A stretch of DNA of 64,000 nt from an uncultured delta proteobacterium (GTDB lineage Bacteria > Myxococcota_A > Polyangia > Polyangiales > Polyangiaceae). Below, piece after piece: positions 10,395-19,989 of the stretch (position 1 is its first letter; each line of letters begins with the position of its first letter). The notes under the pieces were generated by a model. That model searched no databases. It was not told the origin of the DNA and worked only from the letters and a program-made list of their open reading frames with translations. The DNA is taken from positions 224,001 through 288,000 of the forward strand of contig CAWDXG010000004.1 in the NCBI GenBank assembly GCA_963806225.1, given 5' to 3'. Both the position numbers and the translations under genes were made by a program.

Positions 10395-11609
10395 ATGCGA
10401 AACATGGCGCGCGGAAGCTGGCTGGTAGCGGTGGCAGCAGTACTGGTGGCGTGTAGCGGCGGAGACGGCTCCGGCAACGGAACGGGCGGCAGCTCCGGCG
10501 CGGGCGGCGCGAGCGGAGGAGCGGGCGGCTCCGGAGCCAGCGCAGGCAGCGGCGGCGCGACCGGCGGCAGCGGCGGCGCGACCGGCGGCAGCGGCGGCGC
10601 GACCGGCGGCAGCGGCGGCGCGACCGGCGGCAGCGGCGGCGCGACCGGCGGCAGCGGCGGCTCGACCGGCGGCAGCGGCGGTTCAACCGGCGGCAGCGGC
10701 GGTTCAACCGGCGGCAGCGGCGGTTCAACCGGCGGCAGCGGCGGTTCAACCGGCGGCAGCGGCGGTTCGACCGGCGGCAGCGGCGGTTCAACCGGCGGCA
10801 GCGGCGGCGGTACTACCTGCCCGGCAGCGCCCGGCAGTGCAACGGCGGCACAGAAGACTGCGCTCTCAGAGGTGAACGCGGCGCGCACTGCCGCGGGCGA
10901 CAAATGCGCGCGCATGGTCGCCTCGCTGAACACCTCGACCACCAAGCACTGCACCTACTACGCCGCCAACAAGTCCGCCGGCGCAAACCAGTGCATCGCG
11001 AATCCGCACAACGAGGTGTCCGGCTGCAAGGACTACGTGGCCGTGAACTTCTGGCAGCGCATGCAGGCTGCCGGCTACTCGGGCGCGCCCGCCTTCGAGG
11101 ACATGGCGTTTGCGAACAACCCGACGGCTGCCGTCGCCATGTGGATCAACTCCGTCTGGCACCGCACGCCGATCCTGAGCCCCTGGGTCGTGGACGTCGG
11201 CTACGGCAAGGCCACCGGTTGCGACACGATGGACTTCGGCACGGGCAGCGTGATGGCAGCAAGCACGGTCGTCACCTGGCCGTATGCCGGACAGACCAGC
11301 GTGCCCCCGTCGTTTTCGGGCAACGAGGGGCCGAAGCCGCCGGCGCCCCCTGGTGGCTTCCCGAGCGGCTATCCGATCACGCTATTCGCCAAGGGAGCCA
11401 GCATCACGTCGCACACGCTTACCGTGGCGGGGAACTCCACGCCGATCAGCCACCAGTGGCTGACGCCGGCAACGCAGACCCTGCTCAGGGACGCCTACGT
11501 GATGTACGCGGACAAGCCGCTGGCATCGAAGACGAAGTATCGCGTGACCATCAAGGGCACGCACACGGGCGGCACGCTGAACGAGAGCTGGACGTTCACG
11601 ACGCAGTGA
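10395..11609 (+). CDS. CAP/SCP-domain lipoprotein with long Gly-rich linker
   Basis: Lipobox LVAC; VNAAR...H...WINSVWHRTPIL CAP motifs. Confidence 0.85.
   Translation: MRNMARGSWLVAVAAVLVACSGGDGSGNGTGGSSGAGGASGGAGGSGASAGSGGATGGSGGATGGSGGATGGSGGATGGSGGATGGSGGSTGGSGGSTGGSGGSTGGSGGSTGGSGGSTGGSGGSTGGSGGSTGGSGGGTTCPAAPGSATAAQKTALSEVNAARTAAGDKCARMVASLNTSTTKHCTYYAANKSAGANQCIANPHNEVSGCKDYVAVNFWQRMQAAGYSGAPAFEDMAFANNPTAAVAMWINSVWHRTPILSPWVVDVGYGKATGCDTMDFGTGSVMAASTVVTWPYAGQTSVPPSFSGNEGPKPPAPPGGFPSGYPITLFAKGASITSHTLTVAGNSTPISHQWLTPATQTLLRDAYVMYADKPLASKTKYRVTIKGTHTGGTLNESWTFTTQ
10545..10812 (+). repeat. 21-bp coding tandem repeat (GGSGG[A/S]T, about 12 units)
   Basis: ggcggcagcggcggcgcgacc and ggcggcagcggcggttcaacc units read directly. 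Confidence 0.95.
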
Positions 11610-11633
11610 GCGGGCGCGAACAGCGCGGCGCTG

Positions 11634-12302
11634 TCACTTCAGCGGCGGCGCGGTGTCCTTGGCGCAGTTAACGTAGAGCGGATCCAGCGGCAGGCTATTG
11701 GGATCCGTCACCACCTCGAACGTGTACGGGGAGCCAACCAGGTTGAGTACCGTCGGCTTGGTCACGTTGCCAGTCACCGTACCGCAGTAGAAATCCTGGG
11801 TGCCGCAGATCTGTCCGACCAGCCTGACACCGCTCGCGACGATGTCCTGTCCCGGCTGGATCGGATTGGCAACGCCCGTGACGGTGAACTCCGGAAGCGC
11901 CGTATTGTCGATCACACCGTCGCTGCCGATTCCGATCTCGGGAATGTCGAGCGGTGAGCCGACTTCGGTCTTGCGATCGCTCGCGCTGAGGCTGTGCAGC
12001 GTCATCTTGAGTGCGGTCCCGCCCTGGTTGGCGACCGTCGTCATGTCTGCGAGGAACAACACCGGGGGCTGGAGGGTGCCGATCTTGGCCGACAGCGCGA
12101 AAAGGTACTGCCCGTCGATGTCGCCGGGCTTGGGCGGATCGCAGGGCGTGAAGCCGGCGTCGCTCCCTCCGGCGCCTCCTTCCTGTAGGGCTTTCTGCCG
12201 GTCGATGAAGTCGTTGTACTTGCCCTCGGCGTTGGTGCAGCCCTGGACGAGCAGCGCTAAAACCGGCAGCGCGGCCAGTATCCGGAATTTTCTCGCGAGC
12301 AT
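11634..12302 (-). CDS. hypothetical lipoprotein
   Basis: Lipobox VQGC; divergent from the FadL-like gene. Confidence 0.75.
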   Translation of the reverse strand: MLARKFRILAALPVLALLVQGCTNAEGKYNDFIDRQKALQEGGAGGSDAGFTPCDPPKPGDIDGQYLFALSAKIGTLQPPVLFLADMTTVANQGGTALKMTLHSLSASDRKTEVGSPLDIPEIGIGSDGVIDNTALPEFTVTGVANPIQPGQDIVASGVRLVGQICGTQDFYCGTVTGNVTKPTVLNLVGSPYTFEVVTDPNSLPLDPLYVNCAKDTAPPLK

Positions 12303-12364
12303 GTGCCTCCGAAACGAAGCATGGCCATAGCCGCCGCGCGGTCAAGTGATTAAGACGCTTTGGT

Positions 12365-13706
12365 ATGAGGTGCTCAGCGAGGGTCTTTTCGGGAGGGGTG
12401 GCGTTTGTTTGTGCGGCGGCGCTGTGGTCGAGCCCGGCCGCTGCAACCGGGCTTTCCGTGGCGCGCTTCGGCGGCGAACACGGCTACCCGGTCACGAACA
12501 ACGCCACCGCCATCTACTACAATCCAGCCGGCATCGCGGACAGCAAGGGCACGCACGTGTTCCTGGATCTGACCGCGGCGTGGCGACACGTCAGCTACGT
12601 GCACACGCCCGCCTCGAGCGACGTAGCTGAACCGCCTGGAGCAACGGGCGCGAACACGGACAAGGCCAACCTCTTCAACATCATCCCCTCGCCGATGATC
12701 GGGCTGACGACGAAGCTCGGCGACTTCGCGCTGGGTGCGGGCTTCTACACCCCGTTCGGCGGACAGGCGGTGTGGGACCAGAACAGCCGGTTCAAGAACA
12801 GCAAGAGCTACCCCGGCCCCGTCGACGGCGCGCAGCGCTGGTTCGTGATCGACGGCGAGATCCGCTCCAGCTACTACACGCTGGCCGCGGCCTACCACGT
12901 CCCCGGCACCGGCCTCAGCCTCGGCGTGTCGGGCAATCTCGTGCAATCGACGATCAACATCCTGCGCGCCCGCAACGTCAACGGCGACAACAACACTCTC
13001 GCGGAAGGACGCTCCTGGCTCGACGTGAGCGGCTGGGAAGGCAGCTTCGGTGCGGGCGTACTGTTCGAAGCCGTGCCGGAGAAGCTCTGGTTCGGAGCCT
13101 CGTACCAGTCCAGGCCCGGCGTCTCCGGCGGGATGAAGCTTTCCGGCGACCTGAAGAACGACCTCGGCGGTCAGGTCACCACCTCCCCGGTGAACGCGCA
13201 CCAGGATTTCCCGGACGTGTACCAGCTGGGCGCGCGCTGGCGCGCACGGAAGGACGTTCGAGCTGCGCCTATTCGGCGACTACACGCGCTGGAGCTCGTT
13301 CAAGGACCAGTGCATCTCGCAGAAGGACCAGCCGTGCTCGGGCACCAGCCTGCTCCTCGACATCCCCCGTGACTGGCATGACACCCTCTCCGTGCGCGCG
13401 GGCGGCAGCTTCTGGGTGAGCCCTACGGCGGAGCTCCTGGCGGGGCTCGGCTACTACTCGACCGCCGTACCCGACTCCACGCTGGACCCGTCCATCCCGG
13501 ACTGGCAAGCGGTGTCCTTCACGCTCGGCGGCCGCGTGCGGATCGTCAAGAGCCTGCACACCGAGCTGTCGTATTCGCAGTTCTTCTCGCCGCAGCGCGA
13601 CAACAGCAGCACGAGCACGCTCAACCCGCCGAAGGCTCCGAACGCCGGCGGCGTCTACAAGCAGGATCTCGGCGTCGTGAACCTGAACATCGACATCGCG
13701 TTCTAG
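12365..13706 (+). CDS. OmpP1/FadL family outer-membrane transporter, split by a +1 frameshift near 13257
   Basis: NATAIYYNPAG motif; removing one T at 13257-13258 restores DVELRLFGDYTRW through to a C-terminal Phe. Confidence 0.85.
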
Positions 13707-13719
13707 CAGCGCCGGCCGC

Positions 13720-15615
13720 CTACAGCTCCACCTGCGAGCCCAGCTCCATCACGCGCTCGGGCGGGACGTTGAAGAACGCCGTCGCGCGCAGCGCGTTCCG
13801 CGACATGTAGGCGAAGATCTGCTCGCGCCAGCGCGACATGCCGTGCCGCCCCTCGGCCAGCAGCGTCTCGCGACCCATGAAGAACGTCGTGTGCTGGATG
13901 GGCGGCGTGGGCGTGTCGTCGCGCAGGATCAGCGCAACCAGGTCCGGGTCCTCCATGAAGCCATAGTGGGCCACGATACGCACGAATCCCTCCGGCAGCT
14001 CCTCGACCGAGACGCGCTCGGCGTCCTCCACGTGGGACACCTCCTCCGTCACGATCGTCAAGAGCATCACCTGCTCGTGCACGACGCGGTTGTGCTGGAA
14101 GTTGTGCAGCAGCGCGGGGGGCGTGCCGGTGGGGTTGCTGGTCATGAATACGGCCGAGCCGGGCGCGCGGTGGGGCCGCTCGATGCGCATCAGCTCGAAG
14201 AAATCCTCGAGCGGCACGATACGCTCGCGGATCTGCTGCCCCAGCACCTGTCTGCCCTTCTGCCAGGTCGTCATCAAGAGGAACACTCCGCTGGCCACCA
14301 GCAGCGGAAACCAGCCGCCCTGCTCGACCTTGATCAGGTTGGCGCCGAAGAACGCCAGATCGATGACCAGGAAGAAGATCGTAAGCGAGAGCGACGTCCA
14401 GAGCTTCCAGCCCCACACGTGGCGCGCCACGATGTACGCGAGCGCCGTCGTGATCACCATCGTCGTGGTCACCGCGATGCCGTACGCCGCCGCCAGGTTG
14501 GTCGACGACTTGAAGCCGAGCACCAAGCCGATGGTCGCCAGCATCAGCACCCAGTTGATCGACGGCACGTAGATCTGTCCGATCTCCTTGGCGGAAGTGT
14601 GCTGGATCTGCACGCGCGGCCAGAAGCCGAGCATCGTCGCCTGGCGCGTGAGCGAGAACGCGCCGGAAATCACCGCCTGCGACGCGATAATGGTGGCCAT
14701 GGTGGCCATGATCACCAGCGGGTAGAGCGCCCAGCGCGGCGCCATCAGGTAGAACGGGTTCCGGATCGCCTCGGGGTGGTCGAGCAGAAGCGCGCCCTGA
14801 CCGAAGTAGTTCAGGAGCAACGCCGGTAGCACCAGCACGAACCAGGTCAGCCGGATGGGCCGGGCACCGAAGTGTCCCATGTCGGCATAGAGCGCTTCGC
14901 CGCCCGTCGCGACGAGGAACACCGCGCCGAGCACCAGGAAGCCGTTGATGTGGTTGTGCAGCAGGAACAGCGCGCCGTGCAGCGGGCTGAGCGCCAGGAG
15001 CACCTTCGGCTGGTCGACGATGTGCACGATCCCGAGCACGGACAGGAGGATGAACCAGACCAGCGTCACGGGACCGAAGATCGCCCCCACACCTGCGGTC
15101 CCCCGCTTCTGGAACATGAACAGGCCGATCAGGATCACGATCGTGATCGGCGCGATGAAGTGCGAGAAAGCCGGTGTCGCCACTTCCAGACCTTCGGTGG
15201 CGCCCAACACGGAGATGGCCGGCGTGATCATGCCGTCGCCGTACAAGAGCGCGGCGCCGAACAAGCCCAGCAGCACCACGACCCACGTGGAGCGTCGCTT
15301 GCCGCCACGCGAGGTCGCCAGCGCCATCAACGCCAGGATGCCGCCCTCGCCCCGGTTGTCGGCCCGCATCACGTACACGAGGTACTTGATGGAGATCACG
15401 ATGGTGAGCGACCAGAAGATCAGCGACAACACGCCGAGCACGTTCTCGTGCGTCACGGGCACGCCGTGCTCGCCCTTGAAGCACTCGTGAATCGCGTACA
15501 GCGGACTGGTTCCGATGTCGCCGTACACGACACCGAGGGCCGTCATGCACAGCCCCAGCAGGTAGCGGCCGTGAGGCGTGTCGTCGGCGGAGTGGCCGTG
15601 CTGGGGGGAAGACAA
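13720..15615 (-). CDS. kup: KUP/HAK/KT potassium transporter
   Basis: GVVYGDIGTSPLY, GEGGILAL, GEALYADMGHFG, GQIYVPSINW. Confidence 0.97.
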   Translation of the reverse strand: MSSPQHGHSADDTPHGRYLLGLCMTALGVVYGDIGTSPLYAIHECFKGEHGVPVTHENVLGVLSLIFWSLTIVISIKYLVYVMRADNRGEGGILALMALATSRGGKRRSTWVVVLLGLFGAALLYGDGMITPAISVLGATEGLEVATPAFSHFIAPITIVILIGLFMFQKRGTAGVGAIFGPVTLVWFILLSVLGIVHIVDQPKVLLALSPLHGALFLLHNHINGFLVLGAVFLVATGGEALYADMGHFGARPIRLTWFVLVLPALLLNYFGQGALLLDHPEAIRNPFYLMAPRWALYPLVIMATMATIIASQAVISGAFSLTRQATMLGFWPRVQIQHTSAKEIGQIYVPSINWVLMLATIGLVLGFKSSTNLAAAYGIAVTTTMVITTALAYIVARHVWGWKLWTSLSLTIFFLVIDLAFFGANLIKVEQGGWFPLLVASGVFLLMTTWQKGRQVLGQQIRERIVPLEDFFELMRIERPHRAPGSAVFMTSNPTGTPPALLHNFQHNRVVHEQVMLLTIVTEEVSHVEDAERVSVEELPEGFVRIVAHYGFMEDPDLVALILRDDTPTPPIQHTTFFMGRETLLAEGRHGMSRWREQIFAYMSRNALRATAFFNVPPERVMELGSQVEL

Positions 15616-15730
15616 AGCGTCCGTGGTGTAGCGGGAGCCCTGGGGCAGGGCTAGAGCGACGCAAAATACCTAATAGTTCCGGATAGTTCAGTCCCAGCGC
15701 CGCGTCAAGCGCGGCGCCCGGACCGCGCTC

Positions 15731-17278
15731 TCACTCGCAGCTCGAGTTCCAGGCGGGGGCGACCGACTGGTAGGCGCCAAAGGACGCCTTGTGGCCGCCG
15801 GAGCTGTCGACGACTCCGAACGGCGAGACCATGGCGTCGCTCCAGCAGAACCAGAAGACCTCGGGAACCTGCGAGCCGTAGCTGGCCGCCAGGTTGTAGA
15901 CGTTCTTCAGGTACTGCGCCTGGTTCGTCGTGTCGGTCGTCCCTATCTCGGTCAGCCACAGCGGCTTGCCGAACGCTAGGTAGCCCGAGAAGAGCGAGCT
16001 CATGTTGCCGAAGCCCCAGCTCGAGTTGGGCCAGCCATCCGGCGCGCGCTGTCCGTAGGGATGGATGCCCACCGCATCGGCGTACAGACCACCGGCGGCA
16101 GTCTTCGCCTGCGTGAGGTAGTTCGGATTGCCCGACGCGAGCCCACCGACGACGACTGGCGCCGACGACTTGGCGTGCACGGTGGAGCTCGCATCCTTCA
16201 GCATCTTGCCGAACGTGGCGGGCGGCACGTGCGGGTCGTAACCGGCCTGTGCCGCCAGGTCGGGCTCGTTCCAGATCTCCCAGGCGTCGATGCCGCTGCC
16301 GTAGGTGTTGACCAGACTGGAGAGCGCGGAGATGTACTGCGTCTCGTAGCTGCTCCACGCGCTCGAGCTGCCGGACGAGCCAGGGGACGGCGTCGACACG
16401 CTGGCGTAGTCGACCAGCAGCATCACCCGGATGCCACCGGAGCGAAATGCGGCGATCTGGCTCTGCTCTGTGCTGTGGCTCACGCCCTGCTTCCATTCGA
16501 TCCGCACCCAGCGCGCGCCGAGCGCACGCAGCTGGGCCGCGCTCGGGTTTCCGCCTGGATTGTTGGGATCGATGTTCATCGCGAAGCGATTGCGCTTGGC
16601 CTGGTCGGTGCAGTTCCCGACCGGACCACCCCCCGAGCCACCGGAGCCCGAGCTGCCGCCGCTACCGCCGGAGCCCGAGCTGCCTCCGCTGCCGCCCGTG
16701 CCGCTGCCCGGGTTCGACTGGATCTGGCAGGAAGCGACGGGCGTGCCGGCCGTGCCGTTCGCGTCCTTGACGAAGGTGAAGTCGAGCACGCCCGCGCCGT
16801 GCCCCGACACTGTCCAGCTCCACTTGTGCGGCGTGCCGCTCACGCCCTTCCAGCTCGTCTTGGGCGAGCCCGGTCCGGTGACATGCATGTCGACGTAGAC
16901 GTAGCCGGGGCTGTCGGTGAAGCTCGCAGTGAAGGGCACTCCAGCCGTTGCCGGATTCGCGGAGAAGCTGAAGCGCGAATCGCAGGGCAGCGGCGCGCCG
17001 CCACTGCCGCCGGAGCCGCCGGTCGTGCCGCCCGTCCCCCCCGTCGTGCCGCCGGAGCCGCCGGTCGTGCCGCCCGTCCCCCCCGTCGTGCCACCCGCGC
17101 CGGCTGCCGTTCCACCCGTACCCGGAAAGCCGGCGGTGTTCGGCCAACCTGCGGTGCCCAGCCCGCCGGAACCCGTACCTGCGGCGCCACCCGAGCCGCT
17201 GTGGGACGAAGCTCCGCCGGTCCCACAGGCCCAGACCATCGCGCCGGCAAGCAAGACAAGACGAGAACGCATCATCAT
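15731..17278 (-). CDS. lipoprotein glycoside hydrolase (clan GH-A-like)
   Basis: Lipobox VWAC; WEIWNEPD (acid/base), GIHPY and LWLTEIG (nucleophile). Confidence 0.8.
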   Translation of the reverse strand: MMMRSRLVLLAGAMVWACGTGGASSHSGSGGAAGTGSGGLGTAGWPNTAGFPGTGGTAAGAGGTTGGTGGTTGGSGGTTGGTGGTTGGSGGSGGAPLPCDSRFSFSANPATAGVPFTASFTDSPGYVYVDMHVTGPGSPKTSWKGVSGTPHKWSWTVSGHGAGVLDFTFVKDANGTAGTPVASCQIQSNPGSGTGGSGGSSGSGGSGGSSGSGGSGGGPVGNCTDQAKRNRFAMNIDPNNPGGNPSAAQLRALGARWVRIEWKQGVSHSTEQSQIAAFRSGGIRVMLLVDYASVSTPSPGSSGSSSAWSSYETQYISALSSLVNTYGSGIDAWEIWNEPDLAAQAGYDPHVPPATFGKMLKDASSTVHAKSSAPVVVGGLASGNPNYLTQAKTAAGGLYADAVGIHPYGQRAPDGWPNSSWGFGNMSSLFSGYLAFGKPLWLTEIGTTDTTNQAQYLKNVYNLAASYGSQVPEVFWFCWSDAMVSPFGVVDSSGGHKASFGAYQSVAPAWNSSCE

Positions 17279-17438
17279 GATGGCAACAGTCTAGATCACG
17301 GCTCCCGCCGACTCCGCGGATTTCCGCGTAGCGGCACCCGGTGGCGAAACCTGGCCCTGCCCGTGTGGTAACCGCAGCCGACGCCCGGCAGGCACGAATC
17401 CGCATCGCCAAGGACTCGGTCATTTCCCGCATTTTTGC

Positions 17439-18972
17439 GTGCTAACGTTCATATTTGTAGTGGCAGCTCGCAAGCCTCCACCTCTGCCGGCTCGCACCGC
17501 ACGCCCGTCGTCGGGAGCGCGACCGGTCCCTGGCGCCAGCGCGCAGCGCATCGACTTCCATCCCGGTGATCTGATCGGACAGAAGTACAGGCTCGTCCGG
17601 CAGCTGGGCCAAGGCGGCATGGCGGCGGTGTGGGTCGCGCACAACGAAGCGCTCGACATCCACGTCGCGGTGAAGTTCATCCGCAGCGACCTCCGCCACC
17701 CACAGCTTTCGGATCGCCTGCTCCAGGAAGCGCGCGCGGCAGCGCGCATCGGCCACCCCGCGATCGTACGCGTGACCGACTTCGGCAAGACGAAGTCCGG
17801 TCACCCGTTCATCGTGATGGAGCTGCTCGGCGGCGAAGACCTGGGCACGCTACTGGATCGCGATGGGCGTATGGACGCCGTCCAGGCCGTCCGTACGCTG
17901 TTGCCCATCGTCGATGCGCTTGCCGCGGCCCACGACCAGGGGATCGTGCACCGCGACCTCAAGCCGGAGAACATCTTCCTCACGCGCGGGCACGATGGCG
18001 TGATCCGCCCGAAGCTCGTGGACTTCGGCGTCGCAAAATTCGAGCACGAAGATTTCAAGCGGCTGACCGACTTCGGCGTCGCGGTCGGCAGCCCAGGCTA
18101 CATGTCGCCCGAGCAGGCGCGGGGCGGGGACATCGACGGGCGATCGGACGTTCTGGGCACTGTGCGTGGTGCTCTACGAGCTGGTGACGGGCGAGCTGCC
18201 GTTCGACGGCGACAGCTACAACGCCCTTCTGCGCGCCGTGATCGAGCAGGAGCCGCGGCCCATCGTCGAGCTGGCAGCGGGAGACGCAGGTCTGTGGGCG
18301 GTGCTCGAGCGAGGATTCATCAAGTCCCGCGAAGGCCGCTGGCAGAGCATGCGCGATCTCGGCGCCGCACTCGCCGACTGGCTGAGCCAGCGCGGCTATC
18401 CGGACGACATCACCGGCACCTCGCTGCAGGCGTGGCTCCAACGCCGAGCCGGTCAGCACGAGGACCTGCTCGCCGCGCCGCCGCCGTCCGGTACGCCGTC
18501 GCTGGTGCGCCTGTCGAAGGATCTGGAGACGCTGCGACCGGCAGCCGGCGACCCGCCTCCCGTCTCGTCGCCGGCCGCCTCCACATCGGAAGACGCCGAC
18601 CCGCCCCGTGTCGGCGCACCCCGGCGCGCGCTGTCGCCGATATCCACCGTCGCGATTGCGGCGCTCGTCGGATGCGTCCTGGCGGTCGGCGCCTTCGCCT
18701 GGTCGAGCCGCGAGCCGCAGCAGGCCGCCACGCCTCCGGCCTCGGCGACGGCAGCGCCTGCCGCCGCGACGCCGAGCGCTGGAGCGCCCCAGGCCGGGAG
18801 TGCGTCAGCGCCGCGCCCGGTCCCCTCCCCGCCCGCCCAGGCCCAGGACAGCGCTGCTCCGGAAGCTGGGCCGGCAACCTCGGCGTCCGCTCGTCCGTCG
18901 TCGCGTCCACGCCGGCACCACGCACCGCGTCGCAGCAAGTCGCACAGTCTCGACATCAAGACGACCCTCTAG
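17439..18972 (+). CDS. Ser/Thr protein kinase, split by a +1 frameshift near 18151
   Basis: GQGGMA, HRDLKPEN, DFG, GSPGYMSPE; removing one T restores RSDVWALCVVLYE and joins ORF 18166-18972. Start uncertain. Confidence 0.88.
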
Positions 18973-18987
18973 CCTGCTTTTCTGCGC

Positions 18988-19989
18988 ATGAAACTGCTTG
19001 CCACTTTCGCCACCGTCACAGCCTGTGCGCTGCTCGCCCCCGCAGCAGTCGCCGGACCAAGCGCTTCCCACGCCGCTGCGCCACAAGACGACTCGAGTGC
19101 CGCGAAGGCCCGCGCGGAGGTGTTCTTCAAGAACGGGATCAAGGCCTACCGCCACCATCACTACAAGGACGCGATCGACGCGTTCCTGCAGGCGCAACAC
19201 ATCTATCCCAGCCCGACGCTATCGTTCAACACGGCACGCGCGTACGAAAAGCTGCACGACAGCGCTGGCGCACTCCGCTTCTACCGGGCGTACCTGCGCC
19301 AGGCGCCGGACGCCTCCGACGAGAAGCTCGTCCACCAACGCATCGAGAAGCTCGAGGCGACGCTCCACAAGAAGGGCGTCCAGCAGCTCACGGTCCTGTC
19401 CGAACCCGACGGCGCCACGGTGCTCATCGACGATCGCCCCGTGGGGGTGACGCCGTGGACGGGGGAGATCTACCCCGGGCGACATCATCTGCGCCTGCGC
19501 CGTGAGGGTTACCAGGACGCCGAGCGGGACTTCGAGCTGCCGGATCTCCGCGCCATCGACGTGGACGCAACGCTCGATCGCGCACCGCCCCCTGCTCCGT
19601 CCCCCGCCGCGACGCCGCCGGCCGCGACGCACCCGCCGCGACGCGACGAAGCGCCGCATCACGGCGTGCGGCTGCCGACGTGGATCGCGTTCGGTACCGG
19701 AGCCGCAGCCCTGGGCGGCGCGGCCGTATTCGAGGGGCTGAGACGCGGCTCGGAGGGCTCGGTGAAGAGCGAACCCACGCAGGTCGCGCGCGCTTCGGCC
19801 TACGACCAGATGAAGAGCCGCCAGACCACGGCACGCATCCTGGCCGTCGCCGGCGGCGCCGCCCTGGTGGTCGGGGGCGTGCTGCTGTACGTCGATCTGT
19901 CGAGCAGCAGCAGCAGCGAGAAGTCGGCGCGACTAGCCCTCGGCTGCGCGCCGGGCGGCTGCAACGCCAACCTCGGAGGCAGCTGGTGA
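18988..19989 (+). CDS. TPR plus PEGA domain protein
   Basis: Signal peptide, TPR-like helices, PEGA motif SEPDGATVLID..PVGVTP, C-terminal hydrophobic segments. Confidence 0.85.
   Translation: MKLLATFATVTACALLAPAAVAGPSASHAAAPQDDSSAAKARAEVFFKNGIKAYRHHHYKDAIDAFLQAQHIYPSPTLSFNTARAYEKLHDSAGALRFYRAYLRQAPDASDEKLVHQRIEKLEATLHKKGVQQLTVLSEPDGATVLIDDRPVGVTPWTGEIYPGRHHLRLRREGYQDAERDFELPDLRAIDVDATLDRAPPPAPSPAATPPAATHPPRRDEAPHHGVRLPTWIAFGTGAAALGGAAVFEGLRRGSEGSVKSEPTQVARASAYDQMKSRQTTARILAVAGGAALVVGGVLLYVDLSSSSSSEKSARLALGCAPGGCNANLGGSW

Noticed and set aside
10545..10812. Regular short repeats resembling a CRISPR array (also 30749-30910)
   Set aside because: Head-to-tail units with no unique spacers, in frame within Gly-rich linkers; no cas genes.
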